Shown here: positions 37,258 to 45,918 of the stretch, piece by piece
How the letters are laid out: the number at the start of each line of letters is the position of its first letter
Numbering within the stretch: the stretch's first letter is position 1
From: Candidatus Electryonea clarkiae
GTDB lineage: Bacteria > Electryoneota > Electryoneia > Electryoneales > Electryoneaceae
DNA length: 64,000 nt
Reading direction: 5' to 3'
Assembly: GCA_030765455.1 (NCBI GenBank)
Contig: JAVCCM010000111.1
Coordinates: forward strand, 5,410-69,409
Translations under genes and position numbers: made by a program
The notes under the pieces: model-generated
Database searches by the model: none
The model's input: only the letters and a program-made list of their open reading frames with translations
What the model was told of the DNA's origin: nothing

Positions 37258-37557
37258 ATGGATGACATTATGGAAAACTGCACCGGTTTTCAGTGGGACG
37301 AAGGTAACATCGACAAGAATTGGATTAAGCATAAGGTTCTGAACATTGAATGTGAGCAGGTGTTTTTTAATACCCCGGTATTTATACTGGAAGATACAAA
37401 ACATTCAGGCGATGAAAACAGGTGGTATTTATTGGGAAAGACAGATTTTGACCGTCATCTTTTTATAGTGTACACCATACGTGATAACCTGATCAGGGTA
37501 ATATCCGCCAGGGATATGAGTAAAAAAGAGAAAGAGATATATAATGAGCAAAACTAA
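37258..37557 (+). CDS. brnT: BrnT-family type II toxin (ribonuclease)
   Basis: FQWDEGNIDKNWIKHKV...ECEQVFFN...EDTKHSGDENRWYLLGKT...LIRVISARDMSKKEKEIY follows the BrnT (COG2929) pattern. It overlaps the antitoxin gene by 14 nt. Confidence 0.8.
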   Translation: MDDIMENCTGFQWDEGNIDKNWIKHKVLNIECEQVFFNTPVFILEDTKHSGDENRWYLLGKTDFDRHLFIVYTIRDNLIRVISARDMSKKEKEIYNEQN

Positions 37558-37822
37558 GAAAATACCTGGATTCAGGTCAGAGGACGAGGAACGTGATTTT
37601 TGGTCGGAAAAGGATTCATCAGAATACCTGGACTGGAAGAAATCAAAGAGCGTTATTTTTTCACGGCTGAAACCATCAACCAAAACAATCTCTCTCCGTC
37701 TCCCGCAATTCTTATTAGAAGAGATCCGGCTCCTCGCCAACAAACGCGATGTCCCATATCAATCTTTGATCAAGATTTTCCTGAAAGAGAGAATAGACCG
37801 CGAACTAAAAAGAACTGCCTGA
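37544..37822 (+). CDS. brnA: BrnA-family antitoxin (RHH/CopG-like)
   Basis: EERDFWSEKDSSEYLDW.K......LKPSTKTISLRLPQFLLEEIRLLANKRDVPYQSLIKIFLKERIDRE is typical of the BrnA partner of BrnT. Confidence 0.8.
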   Translation: MSKTKKIPGFRSEDEERDFWSEKDSSEYLDWKKSKSVIFSRLKPSTKTISLRLPQFLLEEIRLLANKRDVPYQSLIKIFLKERIDRELKRTA

Positions 37823-38056
37823 TACGACTGAGGCGAACTACCAGTTTTTAATCTTTTCACAACTTGTCAGTCAACTGACTGATTCTTGTATTTCAATTCA
37901 AAATCCAAAACTCAACATTCAAAATATTTTTGAAGATAGTCTTATCCACAATATAAAATAAACAAAGATTTCTTGTTATTAAAGATTCGTCATTGTATAT
38001 TAACTTTGTGCAAAGGATAAATTCTGTAGAATAATAAGTTTGCTTCTATAGGAGCT

Positions 38057-39364
38057 ATGATGAATGAAAATGAAATACTGAGAAAAATTTCAACAAATTT
38101 GACAGAACGAAAAAACTCAGCGGCTTTGAGCAATTATGAAGTTCTCTGTAATAATATCAAATTTGTAAATGACTTATTTAAATTTGTAGTTCATTCGTTT
38201 CATGGGCTTCAGTTTTCTTTTAAAGAAAGTTTAAGAGAAGATTCATTGCTGAACAACGAGTATAAAAATACCAGCGATTTGCATCCGTTTATATCGATTG
38301 TACCAAGAATAATATCAAATGGTTTAGCCGTTGCAGATAAGTTTACATTGTACACTGAACCTGATGACAGGTCTGGGATAACTACAGAGAATATTGCTTT
38401 ATTGCGTAGAGGGTTTCTTGAATATAACCACTTAGTTACGGCAACAAGACAGTACATCGACAGTATTGTATCAGATTCATATCAATTGTGCCTCTTAGAA
38501 CCAAAGTCGTTTAATTATCACGTACTAATTTCTCTCAATAGTTTCGACAAATATGCTACTAAATCTTTAAGCCAGGCTCTTTTTAATGAGGAAATAAGGG
38601 ATTGTTTAGATGAATTCGGCAAATTGAGATTCAGGGATTGGAAAAGATCGGCAATAACGGAATGTTCCCATACAACTTTTGGAAAAAAAATTGATTTTCT
38701 CTTTTCTGTTCTTGGTATTGCTTCACCCACTTCTCTTGCAGAAGAGATGAAAGATCTTTTTAAATTTTCTTCCGAATTCACACATATCGGCTACGTTTCG
38801 ACATTCTTTTCTTCATCTTCTGGGGCTGAAGTTATATTTGGTGATGATATTGGACCTTATTTGCCAAGTACAGAGAATTTTGGCGAGTTGAAATATGAAA
38901 TACTTGAAACAATATTCAAATCATTCATAAAAGTATATTTGCCATCCGTTGTAAAATGTATTGAAAAATTACTTTGTGAAGACGAAGCCAAGAAATATGC
39001 CACAGAAATTTTGAAACTTATCAATCAACTCAATGACAAGCTGAAAACACGAAATTCACAATACTATTTCTTTGTAAAAAGCGGTTTAATCGGCTCAAGA
39101 AAAACAATTGAATTAAAGTGTATGTGTGGTGTGGGTAGGAATTGGAAACCACTGCATGAAAAATCAGAGCTTTTCTGTACTGGTTGTGGAAGTTCCTTCA
39201 ATATTCTTGAGGTTGAGGGGGATGGTGGGTATATCATTACAAGCAATGGTCCGGCAAAAATAATAGGTGCTGATGTCCCAGATTTTGAAGATCTTCCAAA
39301 AGAAAAACAAATAGAAATGTTGAAACAAATAGAAGCCTTGAACAAAGAGAAATTTGGCAACTAA
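38057..39364 (+). CDS. hypothetical 435-aa protein with C-terminal CxC...CxxC zinc-ribbon; no recognisable family
   Basis: Good RBS (AGGAG 4 nt before the ATG), long uninterrupted ORF in very AT-rich DNA. The only motif I can name is KCMCGVGRNWKPLHEKSELFCTGCG. No P-loop or known nuclease motif was seen. Confidence 0.6.
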   Translation: MMNENEILRKISTNLTERKNSAALSNYEVLCNNIKFVNDLFKFVVHSFHGLQFSFKESLREDSLLNNEYKNTSDLHPFISIVPRIISNGLAVADKFTLYTEPDDRSGITTENIALLRRGFLEYNHLVTATRQYIDSIVSDSYQLCLLEPKSFNYHVLISLNSFDKYATKSLSQALFNEEIRDCLDEFGKLRFRDWKRSAITECSHTTFGKKIDFLFSVLGIASPTSLAEEMKDLFKFSSEFTHIGYVSTFFSSSSGAEVIFGDDIGPYLPSTENFGELKYEILETIFKSFIKVYLPSVVKCIEKLLCEDEAKKYATEILKLINQLNDKLKTRNSQYYFFVKSGLIGSRKTIELKCMCGVGRNWKPLHEKSELFCTGCGSSFNILEVEGDGGYIITSNGPAKIIGADVPDFEDLPKEKQIEMLKQIEALNKEKFGN

Positions 39365-39467
39365 CAAGGTGTTGCTCCGAACCGCTATTCTGCTGGCGCT
39401 CTTTAGCAGCAGATGAGTTTAGCCATTAAATTTTGAAAGAATAATCATATTTAGGAGGAAACGAGAT

Positions 39468-41141
39468 ATGGCTTATCGTGAAATGTGGGAGGCTGAAGTT
39501 CGGCATGAAGAATTGAATAAATACCGCCATATAAGAGGCTCAGATAGACATATCGTGGAACAAAAGGCGACCGCCCAGAAACTTGTTTGGGATGAGATGT
39601 GGGAAAAGAAACAGGCGGCTGAACAAAAGAAAATGGCAAAAGAAGCTGCTGTAAGGAGCAAAGAAGAAAAGAAGGAGTTGGCAATAACTAAAACAAAAGA
39701 AGCGCAAGAAGCCATCAATCAACTCGAAACAATACTATTACATACGTTAAAAGTGGATGATGCTATAGATTGGAATATCTTGCTTAACAAGAAAAAGTAC
39801 CCAGAGAAGAAGCCCGCCAAACCCAAGCCTGTCCCCGATCCTGATGAACCCGACAGATCATTCGAGATATATAAGCCTTATCTGGGCTTCTTCGATAAAT
39901 TGTTCCCTAAATTAAGAAAGAGAAAGGAAGATGAAGCTGAAGAAAAGTTCACCTCTGATCATAAGGCATGGGAGAAAAAGAAGCATCAAATTCATAAGAA
40001 AAACAAGAAATTAGAAATTGATCATGCTGAAAGTGTCAAAAATCGGGAAATCAATAAAAGCAAGTTTGAAGAAAAGCAGGAGGAAGGTAATAAAAGAATA
40101 TTGGAAAAGAAAAACCAATACCTAAACAAAGAGTTAGACGCAATTTCTGATTACTGTGAGATGGTATTAGCAAATTCTGAATACCCGGACTATTTCCCTC
40201 AAGAATGGGATCTAGACTATCTTACAGACACAAAAATACTAATTGTTGATTATTCTCTTCCTGATATAGATATCCTGCCTACTGTTAAGACTGTAAAGTA
40301 TATAATTACAAGGGACGAATTCACAGAAACCAACTTGTCAAATGCCGCTCTAAATAAATTGTATGACGAACTTCTTTATCAGATTGCGCTAAGGACCATT
40401 CACGAGTTGTATGAGGCAGACGTTGTAGATGCACTCGATTCCATTGTAATCAACGGTTGGGTTGAATCAATAGATAAAGCGACTGGTCAGAATACAAACG
40501 CTTGCATAATGTCTCTACAAGCGTCTAAAGATGAGTTTTTAACAATCAATCTTGAAAAAGTTGATCCAAAGGCTTGTTTCAAGCAACTGAAAGGGATTGG
40601 TAGTAGTAAGCTGCATGGTTTGTCGCCTGTTGCACCAATTATCAGTATCGACAAAGAGGATCGACGTTTTGTTTCGGCGTATGATGTGGTAGATGGAGTG
40701 GATGAATCTGATAACCTTGCTACGATGGATTGGCAAGATTTCGAAAATCTGATTCGTGAGATTTTTGAAAAAGAATTTGTCAGCTCTGGTGGTGAAGTAA
40801 AAATAACTCAAGCGAGTCGGGACGGCGGTGTTGATGCGGTTGCATTTGATCCAGATCCAATAAGAGGAGGAAAGATCGTAATTCAAGCAAAGCGATATAC
40901 TAATACAGTAGGTGTTTCTGCTGTCAGGGATTTGTATGGAACCGTAGTTAACGAAGGAGCTACTAAAGGTATTCTGGTGACTACAGCCGATTATGGTCCT
41001 GATGCTTATAAATTTGCTAAAGGGAAACCATTGACACTCTTAAACGGTAGCAACTTATTGCATTTGCTCGAAAAGCATGGGCATAGAGCCAAGATTGATC
41101 TAAAGGAGGCAAAAATATTTTTTGCCGAACAAAAAACCTGA
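39468..41141 (+). CDS. Mrr-type restriction endonuclease-domain protein with K/E-rich coiled-coil N-terminal region
   Basis: The C-terminal 130 aa (MDWQDFENLIREIFEK...ASRDGGVDAVAF....GGKIVIQAKRY.N.VGVSAVRDLYG.V....A.KGILVTTADYGPDA..FA..KPLTLLNGSNLL.LL) follow the Mrr_cat PD-(D/E)xK (D...QxK) pattern. Residues 1-215 are Lys/Glu-rich, and the middle about 200 aa are of unknown fold. AGGAGG RBS. Confidence 0.8.
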   Translation: MAYREMWEAEVRHEELNKYRHIRGSDRHIVEQKATAQKLVWDEMWEKKQAAEQKKMAKEAAVRSKEEKKELAITKTKEAQEAINQLETILLHTLKVDDAIDWNILLNKKKYPEKKPAKPKPVPDPDEPDRSFEIYKPYLGFFDKLFPKLRKRKEDEAEEKFTSDHKAWEKKKHQIHKKNKKLEIDHAESVKNREINKSKFEEKQEEGNKRILEKKNQYLNKELDAISDYCEMVLANSEYPDYFPQEWDLDYLTDTKILIVDYSLPDIDILPTVKTVKYIITRDEFTETNLSNAALNKLYDELLYQIALRTIHELYEADVVDALDSIVINGWVESIDKATGQNTNACIMSLQASKDEFLTINLEKVDPKACFKQLKGIGSSKLHGLSPVAPIISIDKEDRRFVSAYDVVDGVDESDNLATMDWQDFENLIREIFEKEFVSSGGEVKITQASRDGGVDAVAFDPDPIRGGKIVIQAKRYTNTVGVSAVRDLYGTVVNEGATKGILVTTADYGPDAYKFAKGKPLTLLNGSNLLHLLEKHGHRAKIDLKEAKIFFAEQKT

Positions 41142-41344
41142 CAATCTCATCCAGGCTACATCACTGAAGTGAACCGGAATCGGTTATGTTAAACAGGTTC
41201 TGTTGGATGATATTCCTGCTTTCGGAGGATGGACATTACGGATGAAAGAGTATATTTTATCTCCTGTACTTGAACGCAGGCGAGATTTTCCGGGCTGTTC
41301 AGATACTCTTGTTTTTCAATTAACCTTATAACCAGGAATTCCCA

Positions 41345-41818
41345 ATGCTTTCACTGACAAAATTATTTGATGATATTGCAGGCTCCTCCAATAAGGATGC
41401 TTCCTCAAAAGAGGATATTTCACCGTTATTGGCGACATGTGTCATACTCCTTGAAGTGGCTTATGCCGATGATGAATTTTCGCCCGTTGAAAAAGAGCAT
41501 ATGATAGACACGCTATGCGAATATTACGATCTTTCACGGGATGACGCGAAGATGGTTATCAATGAGGCTATGAAAGCAAGAGACAAGAGCCTCGATATAT
41601 TTCAGTTTACCAACCGTATCAACAGCTCAATGACCGATGATGAAAAATGGGAATTGATGATCGAAGTGTGGCGGATTATCCTGGTTGACGATACGCTTGA
41701 TGCCCATGAAGATTATATCGCCCATAAACTCGCCCGGCTTCTCAATATGAAACACGAGGATTTAATCGACGCAAAGTTAACTGCGAAAGACAGTTTCCGG
41801 GATAGCGATACCGCGTAA
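41345..41818 (+). CDS. TerB-family (tellurite-resistance TerB-like) protein
   Basis: LLEVAYADDEFSPVEKEHM......Y.LS.DDA ... MTDDEKWELMIEVWRIILVDDTLDAHEDYIAHKLARLLN is the two-helix-pair pattern of COG4103/TerB. Confidence 0.7.
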   Translation: MLSLTKLFDDIAGSSNKDASSKEDISPLLATCVILLEVAYADDEFSPVEKEHMIDTLCEYYDLSRDDAKMVINEAMKARDKSLDIFQFTNRINSSMTDDEKWELMIEVWRIILVDDTLDAHEDYIAHKLARLLNMKHEDLIDAKLTAKDSFRDSDTA

Positions 41819-41873
41819 GTTGTTATTATTTTGTTTATTCTGGCAGTGTATTTTAATATTCTCAAAACAATAT

Positions 41874-41890
41874 TTTCACGCAAAGACGCA
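41874..41890. repeat. 17-mer REP-like motif (inverse copy at 19888-19904)
   Basis: TTTTCACGCAAAGACGC, the exact reverse complement of the intergenic copy at 19888-19904. Confidence 0.6.
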
Positions 41891-41919
41891 GAGAAATATA
41901 TTTATATCTTGAAAAGAAT

Positions 41920-41975
41920 GCTCGATTTAAGATCGACGTGTCATCTCCCTGACATCAAGCTGTCAGGGGCACCCT
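41920..41975. repeat. REP-like hairpin element, family 1, variant with compensatory stem change
   Basis: GCTCGATTTAAGATCGAC...CCCTGACA-TCAAGC-TGTCAGGG-GCACCC. The stem's fourth pair is T-A where the other copies have G-C (CCCGGACA/TGTCCGGG). Confidence 0.7.
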
Positions 41976-42022
41976 GCACCTTGCAATAAAGCTATTTCAC
42001 AAGCTCTTAAAGAAATCATTCT

Positions 42023-42050
42023 TAATTCATAATTCATAATTCTTAATTGC
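42023..42050. repeat. tandem heptamer repeat TAATTCN x4
   Basis: TAATTCA TAATTCA TAATTCT TAATTGC. A related AATTCCT x3-4 array lies at 53529-53556. Confidence 0.7.
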
Positions 42051-42216
42051 TTCCTGTGTGGCCCGATTGCTTGCTGTCGGGTTTCACTGCAACCCAACAA
42101 GATAGAGCATTTACCCGCATAACCATCAATGCAGCCTTTGTTTTTCTATCGGCAATAATTACTTTGCAGAAAATCTTGAACCTGACAGGGATTCTGTTTC
42201 ATTTCTATGGTTAATT

Positions 42217-44661
42217 ATGGCAAAAACAAAAAGCGGTAGCAAGAGAAAAAAAGCAACACCTACACCATCAAAGTCAATTTCATTTATCAAACCTTTTCCA
42301 CCTCGTTGGAAATGGTTGACTGACAGCCGGTTTCTTGTGCCGTTTGTGTTGTATTTAGTGATTTTGTATGTTTGGCGGGAAAATGTCTTCAACGGGATGG
42401 GATTGAACATCTCGGGCGACCGGGTAGCGTCAATGAGCCTGAAACGAATTGTCGCCAACTGGCTCGAACAGGGAGTATTTCCTTTCTGGAATCCTTACTT
42501 CTATGGCGGAGTCGCCATGTTCGAGTCGTTCCAGTCAAGCTGGTTGTTCAACCCGATGTTATGGATCGTGGAGGGTCCGTTTCCCGACCCGTCCCAGCCC
42601 GGTTTTTTCAATGGCGGGCTTGGCTGGCTGCTGTTCTTTAATTCCCCGGTTGACATAATCCTGTTTCATCATCTTCTCGGCGCGGTGGGTGTTGCATTCC
42701 TGGTTCGTCATCTCGGTGGAAAGGGATGGGCGCAGTTTATCGCCGGATTGTTATTCCTGCTCAGTCCGCAATTAGTAGTCCTCGGTGATGTGGGGCATGG
42801 ATCGAAACTTTTCGCCATGTGCTGGCTGCCCTGGGTGCTGCTGACTCTTGATCGAGCGTTAGATAAACCGGGTTTGCTGCGAATCGCCCTTATGTGCGCT
42901 GCTTTCGGTATGATGATGTACGCTCAGCATATTCAAGTCGCATATTACGGTTATATGATGGCGGGTTTCTGGTGGCTGGCGCGTTCCCTGGTAAATCTCA
43001 AAGATAAAAATCTGAAACGGATACCTGTTGATACCGGCATTTTTGCCATTGGAGGAATTGCAGGATTATTTACCACAGCAGTGATCTATTTCAACACCCT
43101 GTCGTATTCGAAGGACTCCATTCGTGGTGTAAAGGGTGTGACCTGGGATTACGCTACGAGCTGGTCTTTTCATCCACAGGAATCCCTCGCCATGTTCGTT
43201 CCGGATTTCTTCGGGTTTGGCGGAAAGACATATTGGGGTTATTTACCATTCACCGATATGCCCCTCTATTGGGGTATCCCGGCAACCGTCCTGGCTCTTG
43301 TGGCGTTGTTTACTATACGTGGATGGCGCATCGGGACATTCTTCGTGCTCGGCTTGTTAGCCTGGGTAACAAGTTTCGGGAAATTCATGCCTGTTTTGTA
43401 TCGTCTTTTCTTCGATTATCTGCCTTATTTCAATAAGTTCCGCGTCCCGATGATGATCCATATCCTGGTGCTCCTCTGTGCGTTGGCATTAGCAGGGCTT
43501 GGTATGCAAAAAGTTCTTGAAATCAGGGCAAGTGACGAAGCGACAGTTAAAAAATGGCGTAAATGGATTATTTCTCTGGTTACAATAAGCGGTGTGATGT
43601 TGTTGGTCGCATTGGCAATGAAAAGCTCGATTACAACCGGTATTGAGGAATGGATACAGGCAATAAAACCGGCGAAAGCGTCAACATCTACCCTTCTTGC
43701 AGAAAATGCAGCAGTAAGCATCTCGAGGTCGATTCTATTTGCACATTTATCTCTCGTTGCTATTCTAATTACTCTCTCAAAACGAATACCGTCGTGGACT
43801 TTCGGGATCATAATCACAGGTTTAATTCTCTTTGACCTGGTTCCGCTCTCCGAAAGATTGCTGCATCCGGTTCCGAACACAAGGATTGACAAATATTTCC
43901 AATCGAATGAGACTATTGAGTATCTTCAACAGGCGCCTCGCAGCAGGTTACTCCCCACTGATAATACCCGTCCGGTCAATACATGGGCCGCTTTTGGTTT
44001 GGAACTTCAGGGTGGTTATACCGGTTCAAAACCGGCAGCTTATGGATATTTGCAGGATAAGAAGGCATTGACACATCCCAATGTCATGTCGGTAATGGGA
44101 GTTCGTTATATCCATTCATCTCGCCAGATACAGGGATTGCCGGAACTGTTCAGGGGTGAAGGCGAGTATATTTATGAATATCCTGCTGCTTTACCAAGAG
44201 CTTTCCTTCGGAATAAATGGAAAATCATAGAGGATACAGAAGAGGCTTTGGAATACCTGACGAGTGAGGAATTTGAGCCGTCAATGAGTGTGATTCTTGA
44301 TCGTAATCCGGAAGGCATAACACCTGGTGAAGATGCTGAGGGTAGTGCGGCAATAATTGATTGGGATGCTAATCAAACAGCACTCTCAGTAATCAGCGAT
44401 AAACCTTCATTGCTGGTTTTGAGCGAGTCTTATACCAGTTCCGGTTGGAAAGCCACAATAAACGGCGCAAAGGTTGATATATTAAGAGCGAATGGAATTT
44501 TCAAAGCTATCGTCGTTCCGGAAGGTAGTTCTGAAGTTTTATTCCGGTATCGTCCGGCTCATTGGATTCCTTCTATTATAGTATCAATCCTTACCTGGCT
44601 GCTTATTATTGGGATGGGTGTAACAGGATACATGAGGAACAGGCGTAATTTAAGCGATTGA
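42217..44661 (+). CDS. large polytopic membrane protein, YfhO-like (putative glycosyl/lipid-linked sugar transferase family)
   Basis: 814 aa. A basic N-terminus is followed by more than 10 TM segments and a C-terminal soluble domain with a final TM. The overall layout and the ..FWNPY.YGG..... block resemble YfhO-family proteins. Assignment by resemblance only. Confidence 0.45.
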   Translation: MAKTKSGSKRKKATPTPSKSISFIKPFPPRWKWLTDSRFLVPFVLYLVILYVWRENVFNGMGLNISGDRVASMSLKRIVANWLEQGVFPFWNPYFYGGVAMFESFQSSWLFNPMLWIVEGPFPDPSQPGFFNGGLGWLLFFNSPVDIILFHHLLGAVGVAFLVRHLGGKGWAQFIAGLLFLLSPQLVVLGDVGHGSKLFAMCWLPWVLLTLDRALDKPGLLRIALMCAAFGMMMYAQHIQVAYYGYMMAGFWWLARSLVNLKDKNLKRIPVDTGIFAIGGIAGLFTTAVIYFNTLSYSKDSIRGVKGVTWDYATSWSFHPQESLAMFVPDFFGFGGKTYWGYLPFTDMPLYWGIPATVLALVALFTIRGWRIGTFFVLGLLAWVTSFGKFMPVLYRLFFDYLPYFNKFRVPMMIHILVLLCALALAGLGMQKVLEIRASDEATVKKWRKWIISLVTISGVMLLVALAMKSSITTGIEEWIQAIKPAKASTSTLLAENAAVSISRSILFAHLSLVAILITLSKRIPSWTFGIIITGLILFDLVPLSERLLHPVPNTRIDKYFQSNETIEYLQQAPRSRLLPTDNTRPVNTWAAFGLELQGGYTGSKPAAYGYLQDKKALTHPNVMSVMGVRYIHSSRQIQGLPELFRGEGEYIYEYPAALPRAFLRNKWKIIEDTEEALEYLTSEEFEPSMSVILDRNPEGITPGEDAEGSAAIIDWDANQTALSVISDKPSLLVLSESYTSSGWKATINGAKVDILRANGIFKAIVVPEGSSEVLFRYRPAHWIPSIIVSILTWLLIIGMGVTGYMRNRRNLSD

Positions 44662-44785
44662 AATACCTCGTTTTCGATGAAAGCGAGGTACTTGTTATAA
44701 TGAGTTTGTTTAGACGGAGGATGGTACAGTTCCGAAAAAAGACAAACCGTTAAGCGGACCACCCGCTCAACTCAGGCGAGCAGGA

Positions 44786-45901
44786 TTGTACAAGGGATTA
44801 CTATTCCTTGGGGCATTAGCCCTGACTGCGAGCCTCTTTTTTTCTACTCATTACCTCATTACCGAGGTACGCATATCTTCGCGCGATCATTTGAATCTTT
44901 CTGTAAAATACTTTCGTTATCTCCTCCTCAGTGACAACCCGGAATTGGCTTATGACGCCGTAAAAGAAATTGATTTTCCTATTGTGCTTACTGATGCAGA
45001 CGGCATACCAAAATTCTGGAAGAATATTTCTATCGACCCGCAGGATACCACATCGGCATCTCATGAACGCCTGCGTTTAATGGTAAAGGAGATGGACGCT
45101 CACGGTCATGTTCCTGTTCCGATAGAAGTGGTCCCGGGCGAGATAGACTACTTTCACTTTGACGACCCGGCTATTGTTGCATTACTTAGATGGTTTTCTG
45201 TAATCAGTGTTATTGCGGTAGCATTATATGTGCTTCTCGGCTACTTCGGTTTTCGGACTATTCGTAAGGCAGAAGAAAGAAGCGTCTGGGTTGGGATGGC
45301 AAGAGAAACCGCGCATCAACTCGGAACACCTATCTCTTCCCTTCTTGGCTGGCTCGAGGTACTGGGTGAAAAGGGTGGTGATGTCACTGAAAAGATGAAA
45401 CAGGATGTATCACAACTGGAACGAGTAGCGCGGCGTTTTTCTAAAATCGGCGCTCGCGAGAAATTAGCACTTTTTCCCGTTCCTGAAATTATCAGGAATG
45501 CAGTTGAATATATGCAGCATAGAATGGGGAGTTCTATAAGTATATCCTATACTGATCATAGTGCCGGTGAAGCTCATCTTCAAACAGATTTGATAGGCTG
45601 GGTGCTTGAAAACTTGATACGAAATGCCGGTCAATCAATGGAAGGAGAGGGGCAGATAAGAATTGAGAGCGGTAGAGTCAGAAATTATGTCTATATTGAT
45701 GTTATAGATTCAGGAAGAGGAATAGCACAACGTGATTTTGAGACGATTTTTCGTCCCGGATATACAACCAAGAAACGTGGTTGGGGACTCGGACTCAGCC
45801 TGGGCAGGAGGATCGTGCAGGAAATTCACCGCGGTAAACTATTCGTGGTTGAAAGTAAATCTCATGAGGTCACCACGATTAGAATTTTACTGCCCGTTTA
45901 A
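44786..45901 (+). CDS. sensor histidine kinase (HisKA + HATPase_c)
   Basis: H-box ARETAHQLGTPISSLLGWLEVL, N-box LENLIRNA, and G-boxes DSGRGI and GWGLGLSL. Two TM segments. TTG start per the ORF track. Confidence 0.85.
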   Translation: MYKGLLFLGALALTASLFFSTHYLITEVRISSRDHLNLSVKYFRYLLLSDNPELAYDAVKEIDFPIVLTDADGIPKFWKNISIDPQDTTSASHERLRLMVKEMDAHGHVPVPIEVVPGEIDYFHFDDPAIVALLRWFSVISVIAVALYVLLGYFGFRTIRKAEERSVWVGMARETAHQLGTPISSLLGWLEVLGEKGGDVTEKMKQDVSQLERVARRFSKIGAREKLALFPVPEIIRNAVEYMQHRMGSSISISYTDHSAGEAHLQTDLIGWVLENLIRNAGQSMEGEGQIRIESGRVRNYVYIDVIDSGRGIAQRDFETIFRPGYTTKKRGWGLGLSLGRRIVQEIHRGKLFVVESKSHEVTTIRILLPV

Positions 45902-45918
45902 TCCTTAATTGTGAGAAT

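Noticed and set aside
39085-39110. P-loop-like GLIGSRKT in the 435-aa orphan protein
   Set aside because: It does not fit the Walker A pattern GxxxxGK[ST] (no GK dipeptide), and no Walker B candidate follows. I do not call it an ATPase.
39130-39160. HEPN-like R-x5-H (RNWKPLH) in the 435-aa orphan protein
   Set aside because: It lies between the two Cys pairs of the zinc ribbon, without the helical context expected for HEPN. Probably coincidental.
36925-41344. Calling the islet a prophage remnant, ICE or transposon
   Set aside because: No integrase, transposase, phage structural gene or terminal inverted repeat could be identified, so no mobile_element feature is reported.
42023-42050. Possible CRISPR-like array (also 53529-53556)
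   Set aside because: The repeat unit is only 7 nt, tandem and without spacers, and no cas genes are present. These are microsatellite-like arrays, not CRISPR.
42159-42458. 99-aa minus-strand ORF overlapping the start of the YfhO-like gene
   Set aside because: It overlaps a much longer membrane-protein ORF with a plausible start and has no motif. Likely spurious.
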